A stretch of DNA of 51,255 nt from Alphaproteobacteria bacterium. Its GTDB lineage: Bacteria > Pseudomonadota > Alphaproteobacteria > Rs-D84. Under the pieces are notes generated by a model. That model saw only the letters and a program-made list of their open reading frames with translations, ran no database searches and had not been told where the DNA came from. The position numbers and the translations under genes were made by a program. Below are positions 30,731 through 39,345 of this stretch, in pieces. The stretch spans positions 1-51,255 of the forward strand of contig JAFZHX010000006.1 in NCBI GenBank assembly GCA_017554665.1. The letters run 5' to 3'. Within the stretch, counting starts at the first letter, position 1. Each line of letters begins with the position of its first letter.

Positions 30731-31834
30731 ATGTCTTTTTTTTCAAAGTCTTTTATAAAAAGCGGAATAATTTCAATTTTTTGTGGTTTTGTATTAGCAG
30801 GATGTGATTTATCAACACCAACTATATCTGGCAACGATAATTCTGTAATTCCTTCAAACTTAAAAGCCGTATCTTACAGCCAGCTACCAGGTTGGAACGA
30901 TGACGATGTAAGATACGCACTCCAAGCATTTCGTAATTCTTGCAAGGCCAAGATTCAATATGTCGGCCGTGTAATTCCTGACCGTGAATTATTTGCAGAA
31001 AAATGCCGCATGTTACCAAGCGCATCTGCTGACAACGCAACTGTTCGCGCATGGTTTGAATCACACTTTCAACCATATCAGATATTCAACGAAAACGGCA
31101 CAGAAACAGGCACATACACAGGATATTATTCACCAATTATCCCTGCTTGCCGCCAACAAACAACACAATGTAATGAACCTTTGATGGGTATACCAACAGA
31201 CGGACGCAACTACAAAGGTGTACCAAAGAAAGATATCGTCGAAAAGAAAATTGGTCGTGTTTTATATTGGGCAAACATTGTTGATGTTCAAAACCTGCAA
31301 ATCCAAGGCAGTGGAAATCTGCGCCTAGAAGATGGAACAGATGTAAAATTAAACTTTGGTGCTGTGAATGATATGCCATTTAAATCAATTGGCGAAGAAC
31401 TGCGCAACCGTGGCATCCGCCCTGCTGGTGGTTTTTCATCCGAAGCTGTATGGCAACATTTAAAAGCAAACCCTGCGTTGGCCAAAGATGTAATCTACAA
31501 AAATCCAAGATATGTATATTTCTATGAATCAACCCCACCAGATGTGATTGGCAAATTGGGAACACCTTTGTCTAAAATTCGCAGTATTGCAATGGACGAC
31601 AGTTTGTACACACTGGGCTTGCCTGTATACATCAGCACAAACTTGTCAGATGGTCGCGCTTTCCGCAGACTTATGATTGCACAAGACACAGGCAGTGCAA
31701 TACGCGGATTTATCCGTGCAGACATTTTCTTTGGCAAAGGTGAAGAAGCATACAAATTTGCCCAAGGTCAACATGCCCAAGGAAAAATGTTTATCCTGAT
31801 GCCGAAAGAATACACATATGTCAAACCACGATAA
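30731..31834 (+). CDS. mltA: Membrane-bound lytic transglycosylase MltA (lipoprotein)
   Basis: LAGC lipobox, TGYY, QIQGSG, NPRYVYF, 3D domain AQDTGSAIRG..RADIFFG. Confidence 0.9.
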   Translation: MSFFSKSFIKSGIISIFCGFVLAGCDLSTPTISGNDNSVIPSNLKAVSYSQLPGWNDDDVRYALQAFRNSCKAKIQYVGRVIPDRELFAEKCRMLPSASADNATVRAWFESHFQPYQIFNENGTETGTYTGYYSPIIPACRQQTTQCNEPLMGIPTDGRNYKGVPKKDIVEKKIGRVLYWANIVDVQNLQIQGSGNLRLEDGTDVKLNFGAVNDMPFKSIGEELRNRGIRPAGGFSSEAVWQHLKANPALAKDVIYKNPRYVYFYESTPPDVIGKLGTPLSKIRSIAMDDSLYTLGLPVYISTNLSDGRAFRRLMIAQDTGSAIRGFIRADIFFGKGEEAYKFAQGQHAQGKMFILMPKEYTYVKPR

Positions 31835-32147
31835 AAAAATTAACGAACGCCTTTCTCGCCCGCAAACCATTGCGGGTGCTTTGGGTGGTTTAATAAAAAT
31901 ATTTGGTGTCCGCGCATCCGATGCAGACCTTGCGCAACGTTGGGACGAAGTAATCGGCAAAGACATTTCTTGTATTGCAAAACTTGCTGCCATCAAAAAG
32001 AACAGAGATAACACATTTAACATTGTAATTCGTCCTGCAACTCCGGCATATGCTTTACAACTATCATATCAATCAGAAGAAATCACAAAACGCATAAACA
32101 AATACTTTGGTTATAACGCAGTTGGAAAAATAAGTTTTAGGAAATAA
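31818..32147 (+). CDS. DUF721/DciA-like helicase-associated protein
   Basis: W.E.IG..I, A..L.Y....I..RIN.YFGY..V..I pattern. Confidence 0.7.
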   Translation: MSNHDKKINERLSRPQTIAGALGGLIKIFGVRASDADLAQRWDEVIGKDISCIAKLAAIKKNRDNTFNIVIRPATPAYALQLSYQSEEITKRINKYFGYNAVGKISFRK

Positions 32148-32160
32148 AAAAGGAACAAAC

Positions 32161-32540
32161 ATGGATACAATATTCATAATTTTCACAATCATTGCAATCA
32201 TCATATCTATTATATTATTAAACGGTTTGTATTGCACAACAACTGTACCACAAGAAACGATCACTGTTTCCGACAAAGGCATTGTTGTTAAAAGCCATGG
32301 CGAGAATAACTCTACTATATCTGATTATATGATTTACACAACCAATGGTCAGGCAATCAAGAACACCAACAACATTTGGTTTTGGAAATGGAACAGCGAT
32401 GAAATACAAGGCAAATTAAAAAAAGCAAAAAATACAAAATCAAAACATGGGGTGTTCGCATTCCTATACTAGGATTTTACAAACACATAATTTCCGCAAA
32501 AGAAGTAAAAATAACAAAGCGCAAAGCATCAAGAAAGTAA
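32161..32540 (+). pseudogene. Membrane-anchored protein interrupted by a -1 frameshift at an A7 tract (full length ~126 aa)
   Basis: Frame 0 reads ...WKWNSDEIQGKLKK and stops at 32472. The -1 frame after A7 (32418-32424) continues SKKYKIKTWGVRIPILGFYKHIISAKEVKITKRKASRK* to 32540, 4 nt before the next ATG. Confidence 0.7.
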
Positions 32541-32544
32541 TCAT

Positions 32545-32973
32545 ATGAAAAAACAAATTCTGTTATTTTTTATTCTATTTTTACCAGTAATCTGGCTAAA
32601 TAGAATTATGGACACCTACCTCCCAAATACGAGCAATGTAAACACAACTGTATGCGTCGTGATATTATATTTCATGTACGTTGCATGCACAATAAAAACA
32701 GAAATTGTAACAATAAAAGAAACTAAAATCACAAAGAAAAAACACAAACATATTAAACAAGTTTACACAACCGATGGTCGATGTTTTGAAGTATGGACTG
32801 GCTTTAACAAAACAACTAGTTACATACATGGCGACATGTACATACACATGTTTTCCAGACTTTCAGACGCAGAATTTAAAAAAATTAAACCAAAACAAAA
32901 ATATGAATTAAAATCATATATGCTGTTGGGCAAAACACGTTTTATTTGGAGTTTAAAAAAAGTAAAAAAATGA
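32545..32973 (+). CDS. Hypothetical membrane protein, possibly a distant paralog of the upstream gene
   Basis: Two TM segments, then T.KE.VTI, VYTTDG, KIKPKQKYELKSY; stop overlaps the ruvC ATG. Confidence 0.65.
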   Translation: MKKQILLFFILFLPVIWLNRIMDTYLPNTSNVNTTVCVVILYFMYVACTIKTEIVTIKETKITKKKHKHIKQVYTTDGRCFEVWTGFNKTTSYIHGDMYIHMFSRLSDAEFKKIKPKQKYELKSYMLLGKTRFIWSLKKVKK

Positions 32974-33449
32974 CAAAGCGTATATTGGGTATTGACCCTG
33001 GTCTATTACACACAGGTTGGGCAGTAATTGATACAGCCGGTTCATCACGCAAATATATTGCCAGCGGTGTAATTTTACCAAACCCAAAGATAGAAATGTC
33101 TCAACGTCTTGTTACTATATTTCGTGAAGTTACAAAATTATGCGAAACATTTGAACCAGACGAATGCAGTATTGAAATTACATTTGTAAACAAAAACCCA
33201 AAGACAACATTGATACTGGGGCACGCACGATCTGCCGCTATTGTCGCAGTTGCGAATCAAGACATTCCAATTTTCGAATATGAACCGAACAAAATAAAAA
33301 AAGCACTAACTGGTGCTGGGCATGCAGACAAAAGCGCTGTTGATAAAATGGTACAAATTTTATTACCAGCAGCTCATCCAAAAACTGCGGACGAAGCCGA
33401 TGCTATTGCTATTGCCCTATCCCACAGCAATATGATGAAAATATTTTAA
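32970..33449 (+). CDS. ruvC: Crossover junction endodeoxyribonuclease RuvC
   Basis: ILGIDPGL..TGW, SIE..F...N, LGHAR, TG.G.ADK, DEADAIAIAL. Confidence 0.95.
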   Translation: MTKRILGIDPGLLHTGWAVIDTAGSSRKYIASGVILPNPKIEMSQRLVTIFREVTKLCETFEPDECSIEITFVNKNPKTTLILGHARSAAIVAVANQDIPIFEYEPNKIKKALTGAGHADKSAVDKMVQILLPAAHPKTADEADAIAIALSHSNMMKIF

Positions 33450-33492
33450 TACTTTGCATTATATTTAATACTCTATGCTAACAAACAAATAA

Positions 33493-33519
33493 TGACCGAT
33501 GTAATATGTACATCGGTCA
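33493..33519. terminator. Hairpin between convergent genes
   Basis: TGACCGATGTA-atatg-TACATCGGTCA. Confidence 0.6.
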
Positions 33520-33550
33520 CTATAACAGTTTCGAAAAACCTGTGTAACGT

Positions 33551-34840
33551 TTACCAATTAGAAAATGTAGAAGGAGATGCAAAAGAAGAACTATTAGCAA
33601 CAGGCTCCCAATTATCGCCATTACACTTATAGGTAGTGTTTGTATTTACTACATTACCCCTAAACACATGGCCTGCAGGCATTACAACTTCTTTACCCTG
33701 TAAACACCATTCATTATCACATTCCCATACTTTACCTGGCAAATCCTGATATTCATCTTTACCTGCGTTATCTATAGTTGGGTTATTGTTTTTTACCGTA
33801 CGGAACACATCGCTGTTTTCATACAAATATTCATTATCTGTCTTTCCCTGCGTACCCTTAAAAAGAACATAGTTCACACCACAAGCCGGTTTTTTGAACC
33901 CATGGTTACTTGACGCAAAAGAAGAACTATTAGCAACAGGCTCCCAATTATCGCCATTACACTTATAGGTAGTGTTTGTATTTACTACATTACCCCTAAA
34001 CACATGGCCTGCACGCATTACAACTTCTATACCATATGAACACCATTTATTATCACATTCCCATACTTTACCTGGCAAATCCTGATATTCATCTTTACCT
34101 GCGTTATCTATAGTTGGGTTATTGTTTTTAACCATAAGGAACACATTGTTGTTTTCATACAAATATTCATTATCTGTCTCTCGCTGAATACCCTCAAAAC
34201 GAACATAGTTCACACCACAAGCACCAACACGATGATTTTTTTTCTCAATAGGAACCCAGCTATCACCAATCGGATAACTCGAATTACATCTATATTCTAC
34301 TTCGGCAGATATTTTTTCTCCCTTAAAGAAATGACCTGCTGGCATCTTGATAATATCATCTTTTGCACACTGTTTTGCCCCCATACCATCACATTCAAAA
34401 CCAACTTTTTCACCAAAATCTTCCAAATTTTTATACAAGAATTCATTGTCTATCATATTTTGAGTTCCAACAAACTCTAACTTCCTAGGATTTTTTATAT
34501 CACAAGCCTTAGCAGTGCCCTCACCTCCAATACCCATAGCATTTCCTAAGACTTTCAAAGCATACTCTTGTGCTTTTTCGTGTTCCAAGCCAGATTTCAT
34601 AGCAACAGCAACCAAGTCATATAAACTTAACTCAAAAACACCTTTGTTTTCATCAAATTTATGATGATATTTCTTGAACATTTCCATCATTATTTTATTA
34701 ATTTCTTGTTCTGAATATCCAGACACCACCAAATAAGTTGCCGAAACATTAAATTCATCATATATCGACACAACAGTCTTTGCAAAAACTTGCGAAACAG
34801 ATAAAAGTGCCAAACAAATTGCGAGCATTAATTTTTTCAT
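33551..34840 (-). CDS. Secreted protein: helical N-domain plus three copies of the Cys-bonded repeat domain
   Basis: Signal peptide (..VFA); same ACGVNYV.F.G.Q..TD.EYLYE...KVWECD..WC...GHVF.G...YKCNGDNW domain as 13872-16046. Confidence 0.85.
   Translation of the reverse strand: MKKLMLAICLALLSVSQVFAKTVVSIYDEFNVSATYLVVSGYSEQEINKIMMEMFKKYHHKFDENKGVFELSLYDLVAVAMKSGLEHEKAQEYALKVLGNAMGIGGEGTAKACDIKNPRKLEFVGTQNMIDNEFLYKNLEDFGEKVGFECDGMGAKQCAKDDIIKMPAGHFFKGEKISAEVEYRCNSSYPIGDSWVPIEKKNHRVGACGVNYVRFEGIQRETDNEYLYENNNVFLMVKNNNPTIDNAGKDEYQDLPGKVWECDNKWCSYGIEVVMRAGHVFRGNVVNTNTTYKCNGDNWEPVANSSSFASSNHGFKKPACGVNYVLFKGTQGKTDNEYLYENSDVFRTVKNNNPTIDNAGKDEYQDLPGKVWECDNEWCLQGKEVVMPAGHVFRGNVVNTNTTYKCNGDNWEPVANSSSFASPSTFSNW
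33581..34504 (-). repeat. Three tandem copies of the Cys-bonded domain
   Basis: ~33581-33900 and ~33917-34225 near-identical with a 336-nt period; ~34256-34504 diverged. Confidence 0.92.
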
Positions 34841-35853
34841 TTTATTACCTCCTCACACTTTTCTGCTGTTTCAATAACACGTTTTGCAGCAGCTATTTGC
34901 GTAGCGTTAAATACAGTAGCTGTTACAGATGCTGCTGTTGTAACACCTGCCAACACATTAGAAGCTGCATTTAAATTCTTTTCTTTCTGAGCATTTTCAC
35001 TTGTCCTAACAGAATTTGAATTTGCAACACCTGATGTTATTGTACCAGCAAAACCTGCAGCAGCACCAACCGAGCTTGCAACAGTTGCACCAGTTGCGCG
35101 TTTATTAATTTTTTCAATATCAGAAACATTAAACTTATCACATTCTGCGATTATTTTATCTGCAACTGCAATATCTGCATCCGAAGCACTTCCGTCTAAC
35201 TTTGCTTGTACTTTCATGCTTGATAGCAACTTTACACTGCCCATACATACACCAATCTGAGTTGCAAAATCAGCATCAATTTTATTCACACCAGAAACAA
35301 CAGCACCGGCGATATTTGTTGCTGTCGCAGCAGCCAAAGTACCGGTTCTAACATGTCCGACAGTTTTAGAAACACCATCGACCATTTCTTTCAAATTTTC
35401 TGTTTCTGCAATCATACTTGTTTCTTCGACAACAGTTGCTAATTTTTGTGCATCCATCTCATCGCTATTTAAGCTCTCTACATATTCACTAAATTCTTCA
35501 TTTTTTAACAAATCTGCCAAATCTTGTTGCAACTTTACAAAATCTTCTACATCAACAGTTGAAGCATCCACCTGCATACTCTTAAACATTTCTATTTGTC
35601 TTTCTAAGTTGTCAGATACTTTATCAAACTTATTTTTAACAAGACCAGTTGCTACAGCAGTACCACCAGCAACAGTACCAACCGCAGACATTGCAGTACC
35701 AACACCTGCTAGCTTTTTGATTTCAGATAATTTTTCGGAAATACCACTACAATTATTACGAACGTTTCGTAAAGCATCTGCAAACGAAACATCATCTGCA
35801 TATGCTACATTAGCCACACCAACGGCTAATAAAAAAGATAAAATCTTTTTCAC
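34837..35853 (-). CDS. Secreted protein with four Gly/Ala/Thr-rich hydrophobic segments and coiled coils
   Basis: GTG start after GAGAGGAAG; signal peptide MKKILSFLLAVGVANVAYA; TGA overlaps the ATG of 33551-34840. Confidence 0.8.
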   Translation of the reverse strand: MKKILSFLLAVGVANVAYADDVSFADALRNVRNNCSGISEKLSEIKKLAGVGTAMSAVGTVAGGTAVATGLVKNKFDKVSDNLERQIEMFKSMQVDASTVDVEDFVKLQQDLADLLKNEEFSEYVESLNSDEMDAQKLATVVEETSMIAETENLKEMVDGVSKTVGHVRTGTLAAATATNIAGAVVSGVNKIDADFATQIGVCMGSVKLLSSMKVQAKLDGSASDADIAVADKIIAECDKFNVSDIEKINKRATGATVASSVGAAAGFAGTITSGVANSNSVRTSENAQKEKNLNAASNVLAGVTTAASVTATVFNATQIAAAKRVIETAEKCEEVIK

Positions 35854-35924
35854 CTTCCTCTCCATTTTTATTATATGAATTATATCATAAAGCATCGTTC
35901 TTGCAAAGAAGGAAAATATTTTAG

Positions 35925-36638
35925 CTAAAGGCATTTTATTTTGTAATATTCGTTTATTATCTGCCTTCTTAAAATTTCATCTTTTATTTTTTGTTGTGTG
36001 TATTTAAGCATTTCTTGTTCTGTTTTTTTATCCATATTATATATCAAATACAAAATAAAATCCGACAAGCTTGCATCAATTTTATATTTTTGTTGAAACA
36101 AGAGTTTGAACTTCAATGCCCTAGAAACAAGCGATGGATCGCTGTACAAAATTTTAATACCATCATCAACAACTTGATAATTTATCAATTCTATTTTTTT
36201 ATTTGATGTAAAACCATAAAAAGGTGCCGCTGCTAAAATGCTCTTAGTTTTATTGTGGTAGTAAATAGAATTAAAATTAAAATCAAAGTATTGTCCAACT
36301 ATAATGCCCGGCCAATCAAGGTATTTATCAAATATATCTATTTCTGGGAATTTTTTTGTTTTAACTTTTATTCCGCCGAACGAATTTTCTTTTTTCCATA
36401 CAATATTTGGATTCTGTGATAAATCAGGCTTTTCAGACAATATTAAATCAATGTCTTTTGATTCACTATTTTGCTTTGTTAATTCACACAAGACCGCATC
36501 GCGAACAAAGCCCCCAACAACAAACACATCTGTATTTTTTGGTATTTTTAGCTCTTCTATTATTTCATCAGCAACCGGGGTAATTTTATTTCTTGCCTGC
36601 CTAATTGCTCTTTCAACATCTTCTAAACACCATCTCAT
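35925..36638 (-). CDS. Class II nucleotidyltransferase (CCA/poly(A) polymerase head)-like protein, short
   Basis: VFVVGGFVRD...KDIDL, EIDI, FDFNFNS; lacks RRD/EDxxR and the tail domains. Confidence 0.7.
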   Translation of the reverse strand: MRWCLEDVERAIRQARNKITPVADEIIEELKIPKNTDVFVVGGFVRDAVLCELTKQNSESKDIDLILSEKPDLSQNPNIVWKKENSFGGIKVKTKKFPEIDIFDKYLDWPGIIVGQYFDFNFNSIYYHNKTKSILAAAPFYGFTSNKKIELINYQVVDDGIKILYSDPSLVSRALKFKLLFQQKYKIDASLSDFILYLIYNMDKKTEQEMLKYTQQKIKDEILRRQIINEYYKIKCL

Positions 36639-36683
36639 TACAAAACCCACAATTATTTAGATACCGCGCAATTAACAAACAAA

Positions 36684-36780
36684 TTAAAAATAACGATATA
36701 AACAAACGGGTTAGAAATGGCATAGTGTACAAAAGCTACATAAGCCATTACCAACCCGCTTTAGATATGATTTATTTTAG
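36684..36780. repeat. Palindromic element copy 3 (diverged; left edge approximate)
   Basis: CGGGTT.AATGGC-ATAGTGTACAAAAGCTACATAA-GCCATT.AACCCG then CTTTAGAT; abuts the yebC stop. Confidence 0.8.
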
Positions 36781-37497
36781 TTAAGCGGCTGCTGTGAACA
36801 CTTTCTGCACATCATCATTTGCATCCAGTGCATCAACCAACTTTTCCAATTTTGCATATGCTTCGTCATCTAAATCCATTGGCATATTTGGCACCCAAGT
36901 TAATTCAGCCTGCTCTGGTTCGCCCAAGATATCTGCCAAATACTTTTGAGCATTAACAAAATCTTCTGGCTTTGTTGTAATGATAAAACCTTCTTCGGAA
37001 GTTTCCAAATTATCAGCATTTGCTTCCATAATAATTTCCATCATTTCATCTTCGGTTTTACCGATTGATGCTGGGTACATAATTTGACCTGCACGTGTGA
37101 ACATAAACACAACCGAGCCTTCTTCACCCATATTACCGCCATTTTTACCAAAGATATTACGGATTTCTGGCACTGTACGACGTGGATTATCGGTCAAAGC
37201 TTCTACGATAACAGGCACAGCACCTGGGCCATAACCTTCGTATCTAACTGCTTCATAGTTTTCAGTATTTGCACCCGAAGCCTTGTCGATTGCGCGTTTG
37301 ATATTATCATTTGGCATTGAGTTTTTGCGTGCTGTCAAAATAGCCAAACGCAATCTTGGGTTATTATCTGGGTTTTTATCGCCCAACTTGGCTGCCATAG
37401 TGATTTCACGAGCTAATTTTGTAAACAAACCACTGCGAGCTGCGTCAGCTGCACCTTTTTTATGTTGAATATTATGCCATTTACTATGTCCACTCAT
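36781..37497 (-). CDS. yebC: YebC/PmpR family protein
   Basis: MSGHSKWHNIQHKKG, NPRLR, YEGYGP, LTDN, DDVQKVF. Confidence 0.96.
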   Translation of the reverse strand: MSGHSKWHNIQHKKGAADAARSGLFTKLAREITMAAKLGDKNPDNNPRLRLAILTARKNSMPNDNIKRAIDKASGANTENYEAVRYEGYGPGAVPVIVEALTDNPRRTVPEIRNIFGKNGGNMGEEGSVVFMFTRAGQIMYPASIGKTEDEMMEIIMEANADNLETSEEGFIITTKPEDFVNAQKYLADILGEPEQAELTWVPNMPMDLDDEAYAKLEKLVDALDANDDVQKVFTAAA

Positions 37498-37547
37498 ATT
37501 TGACCTTTTTATTTAATTAGATTAAAATTACCTCAAAAGGATAACAA

Positions 37548-38135
37548 ATGATTGGAAAATTGCAAGGCATAGTTGACTATATTGGCGACGGATTCATAAT
37601 TTTATTAGTAAATGGCGTTGGCTACAAGGTTTTCACACCTGAATATCTGACACATAAATCAACTATTGAGCTATGGATAGAAACAGTTGTCCGCGAAGAT
37701 TCAATCCGTTTATTTGGTTTTTCAACAATCGCATCACAGAATTTATTTAATATGTTAACAGGTGTATCTGGTGTTGGCCCAAAGGTAGCCTTGGCGATAA
37801 TGGGCACCATTAAAACAGATACATTAATGTCAGCCATTGCAACAGGCGATGCAAAAACAATCGCCACAGCCCCAGGTGTTGGCAAAAAGATGGCAGAAAA
37901 AATCATAGTAGAACTTAAAAGCAAAGTCGGTAGCACATCTGCCACAACGTTCACTCAAACAACAGACGGCGCAACATCATCTGCCCTGCCTGATTTGTTA
38001 ATGGCCCTAGAAGCATTGGGTTACAAAAGATTAGACATTATCGAAATGGCACAAAAACTGGTGAATTCAAATCCAAACGCAGATATATCAAAACTGGTCC
38101 CAATGGCTTTAAAAGAAATAAGCACAGCAAGGTAA
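37548..38135 (+). CDS. ruvA: Holliday junction branch migration protein RuvA
   Basis: MIGKLQG, VNGVGY, VREDS..LFGF, VSGVGPK, PGVGKK.AEKIIVEL. Confidence 0.95.
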   Translation: MIGKLQGIVDYIGDGFIILLVNGVGYKVFTPEYLTHKSTIELWIETVVREDSIRLFGFSTIASQNLFNMLTGVSGVGPKVALAIMGTIKTDTLMSAIATGDAKTIATAPGVGKKMAEKIIVELKSKVGSTSATTFTQTTDGATSSALPDLLMALEALGYKRLDIIEMAQKLVNSNPNADISKLVPMALKEISTAR

Positions 38136-38138
38136 GAA

Positions 38139-39323
38139 ATGATAAAAAAAATACAGAAGTTTTTTAATGGTATTAAAAATTTAAACAAAACTAATAATTA
38201 CAAAGTTATAAAAAACATAGACGAACTTTTTGATATTCTTGCAAACAGCAAACAAAATATAATCGACAAACTAGACTTATCGAACCTAGATTTAAGAGAA
38301 TACGAACATCTTTTTGTTGGCCAATTAGCAAATCGTTGGAACCCTGCAAAGGACAAGGACGGCAACAAAATACCTGATATAATAACAGCTTGGACAGATA
38401 GAATTATTTGGCCTGCCCCCGAAAAAATGCCAGCCGGATTTAACCCACAAAAAATTTTAGAAGACCAGAAAAAACAATCAGAAATGGCACCTGTACACAA
38501 AATCGGAAAAACAGGTAAAAATATTGGCATTGCAATTATTGACCAACGACTAAACCTTGAACACCCTGAATATGTAGATAATATAAAACATTATGAAGCT
38601 GTTGGTTATTGGCCAGGCAACAATACAACCTCTCCCGATGAACATGGCAGTCTTGTTACTGGCTGTGCTGTTGGAAAAACTACTGGCACTGCTCCAGATG
38701 CAGACTTGTACTATTTCGCCGCAAACAACTGGAAGGATGAAAAAAATAATTTACCTTCGGGACACGACACATATATATTAGCTGCGATAAACAAAATTAT
38801 CGAAACAAACAAAACGCTAGACCAAAGTAAAAAAATCAGACTTATATCATGCAGCTTATCCATTAAAGAAGAAAATTACAAAAAGGCATTAACCGCATGT
38901 AAAGACAACGGAATTATGTTATCAACATGCAATCAATCTAGCACACTATCGTTCATACAATCGCACTTATTACCATACGACACCAACTATCCAACAGGAT
39001 ACCAAGACAAAATCGGAATACCAACTGATGGTAAAACAACTCCTTATTACTCTGGCGGGTACATATATAGAAGATCTGGCGGTAACAGCTCTACTATTCC
39101 ATACATAACAGGTGTATTCGCTTGCGCATTACAAGACAATACAATATTCTGCACCCGTCCAAACTGGCAAGATGAATTAATTGAAATAATGAAAGAAACA
39201 GCAACACAAAATGAACATGGTGAAAAAATAATAAATCCACTTGGTATAGAAAGTCGCGTTTCAGAAATAGCCCGAACAATGGAAGCAGTAATAACAAAAC
39301 AACAATCTGCTTTACAAAAATAA
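38139..39323 (+). CDS. S8 subtilisin-like serine peptidase
   Basis: GKNIGIAIID, HGSLVTG, GTAPDADLY, GGNSSTIPYITG (D/H/S triad); no clear signal peptide. Confidence 0.8.
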   Translation: MIKKIQKFFNGIKNLNKTNNYKVIKNIDELFDILANSKQNIIDKLDLSNLDLREYEHLFVGQLANRWNPAKDKDGNKIPDIITAWTDRIIWPAPEKMPAGFNPQKILEDQKKQSEMAPVHKIGKTGKNIGIAIIDQRLNLEHPEYVDNIKHYEAVGYWPGNNTTSPDEHGSLVTGCAVGKTTGTAPDADLYYFAANNWKDEKNNLPSGHDTYILAAINKIIETNKTLDQSKKIRLISCSLSIKEENYKKALTACKDNGIMLSTCNQSSTLSFIQSHLLPYDTNYPTGYQDKIGIPTDGKTTPYYSGGYIYRRSGGNSSTIPYITGVFACALQDNTIFCTRPNWQDELIEIMKETATQNEHGEKIINPLGIESRVSEIARTMEAVITKQQSALQK

Positions 39324-39345
39324 AATGCCCCGTTTGGGGCATTTT
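39322..39345. terminator. Bidirectional terminator
   Basis: AAAATGCCCC-gttt-GGGGCATTTT. Confidence 0.8.

Noticed and set aside
33452-33480. dif-like site (ACTTTGCATTA...)
   Set aside because: The XerD arm TTATGTTAAAT is not present.
15294-34225. Near-identical domain copies as DGR template and variable repeats
   Set aside because: Differences are not restricted to adenines, all copies are coding, and no reverse transcriptase is in the window.
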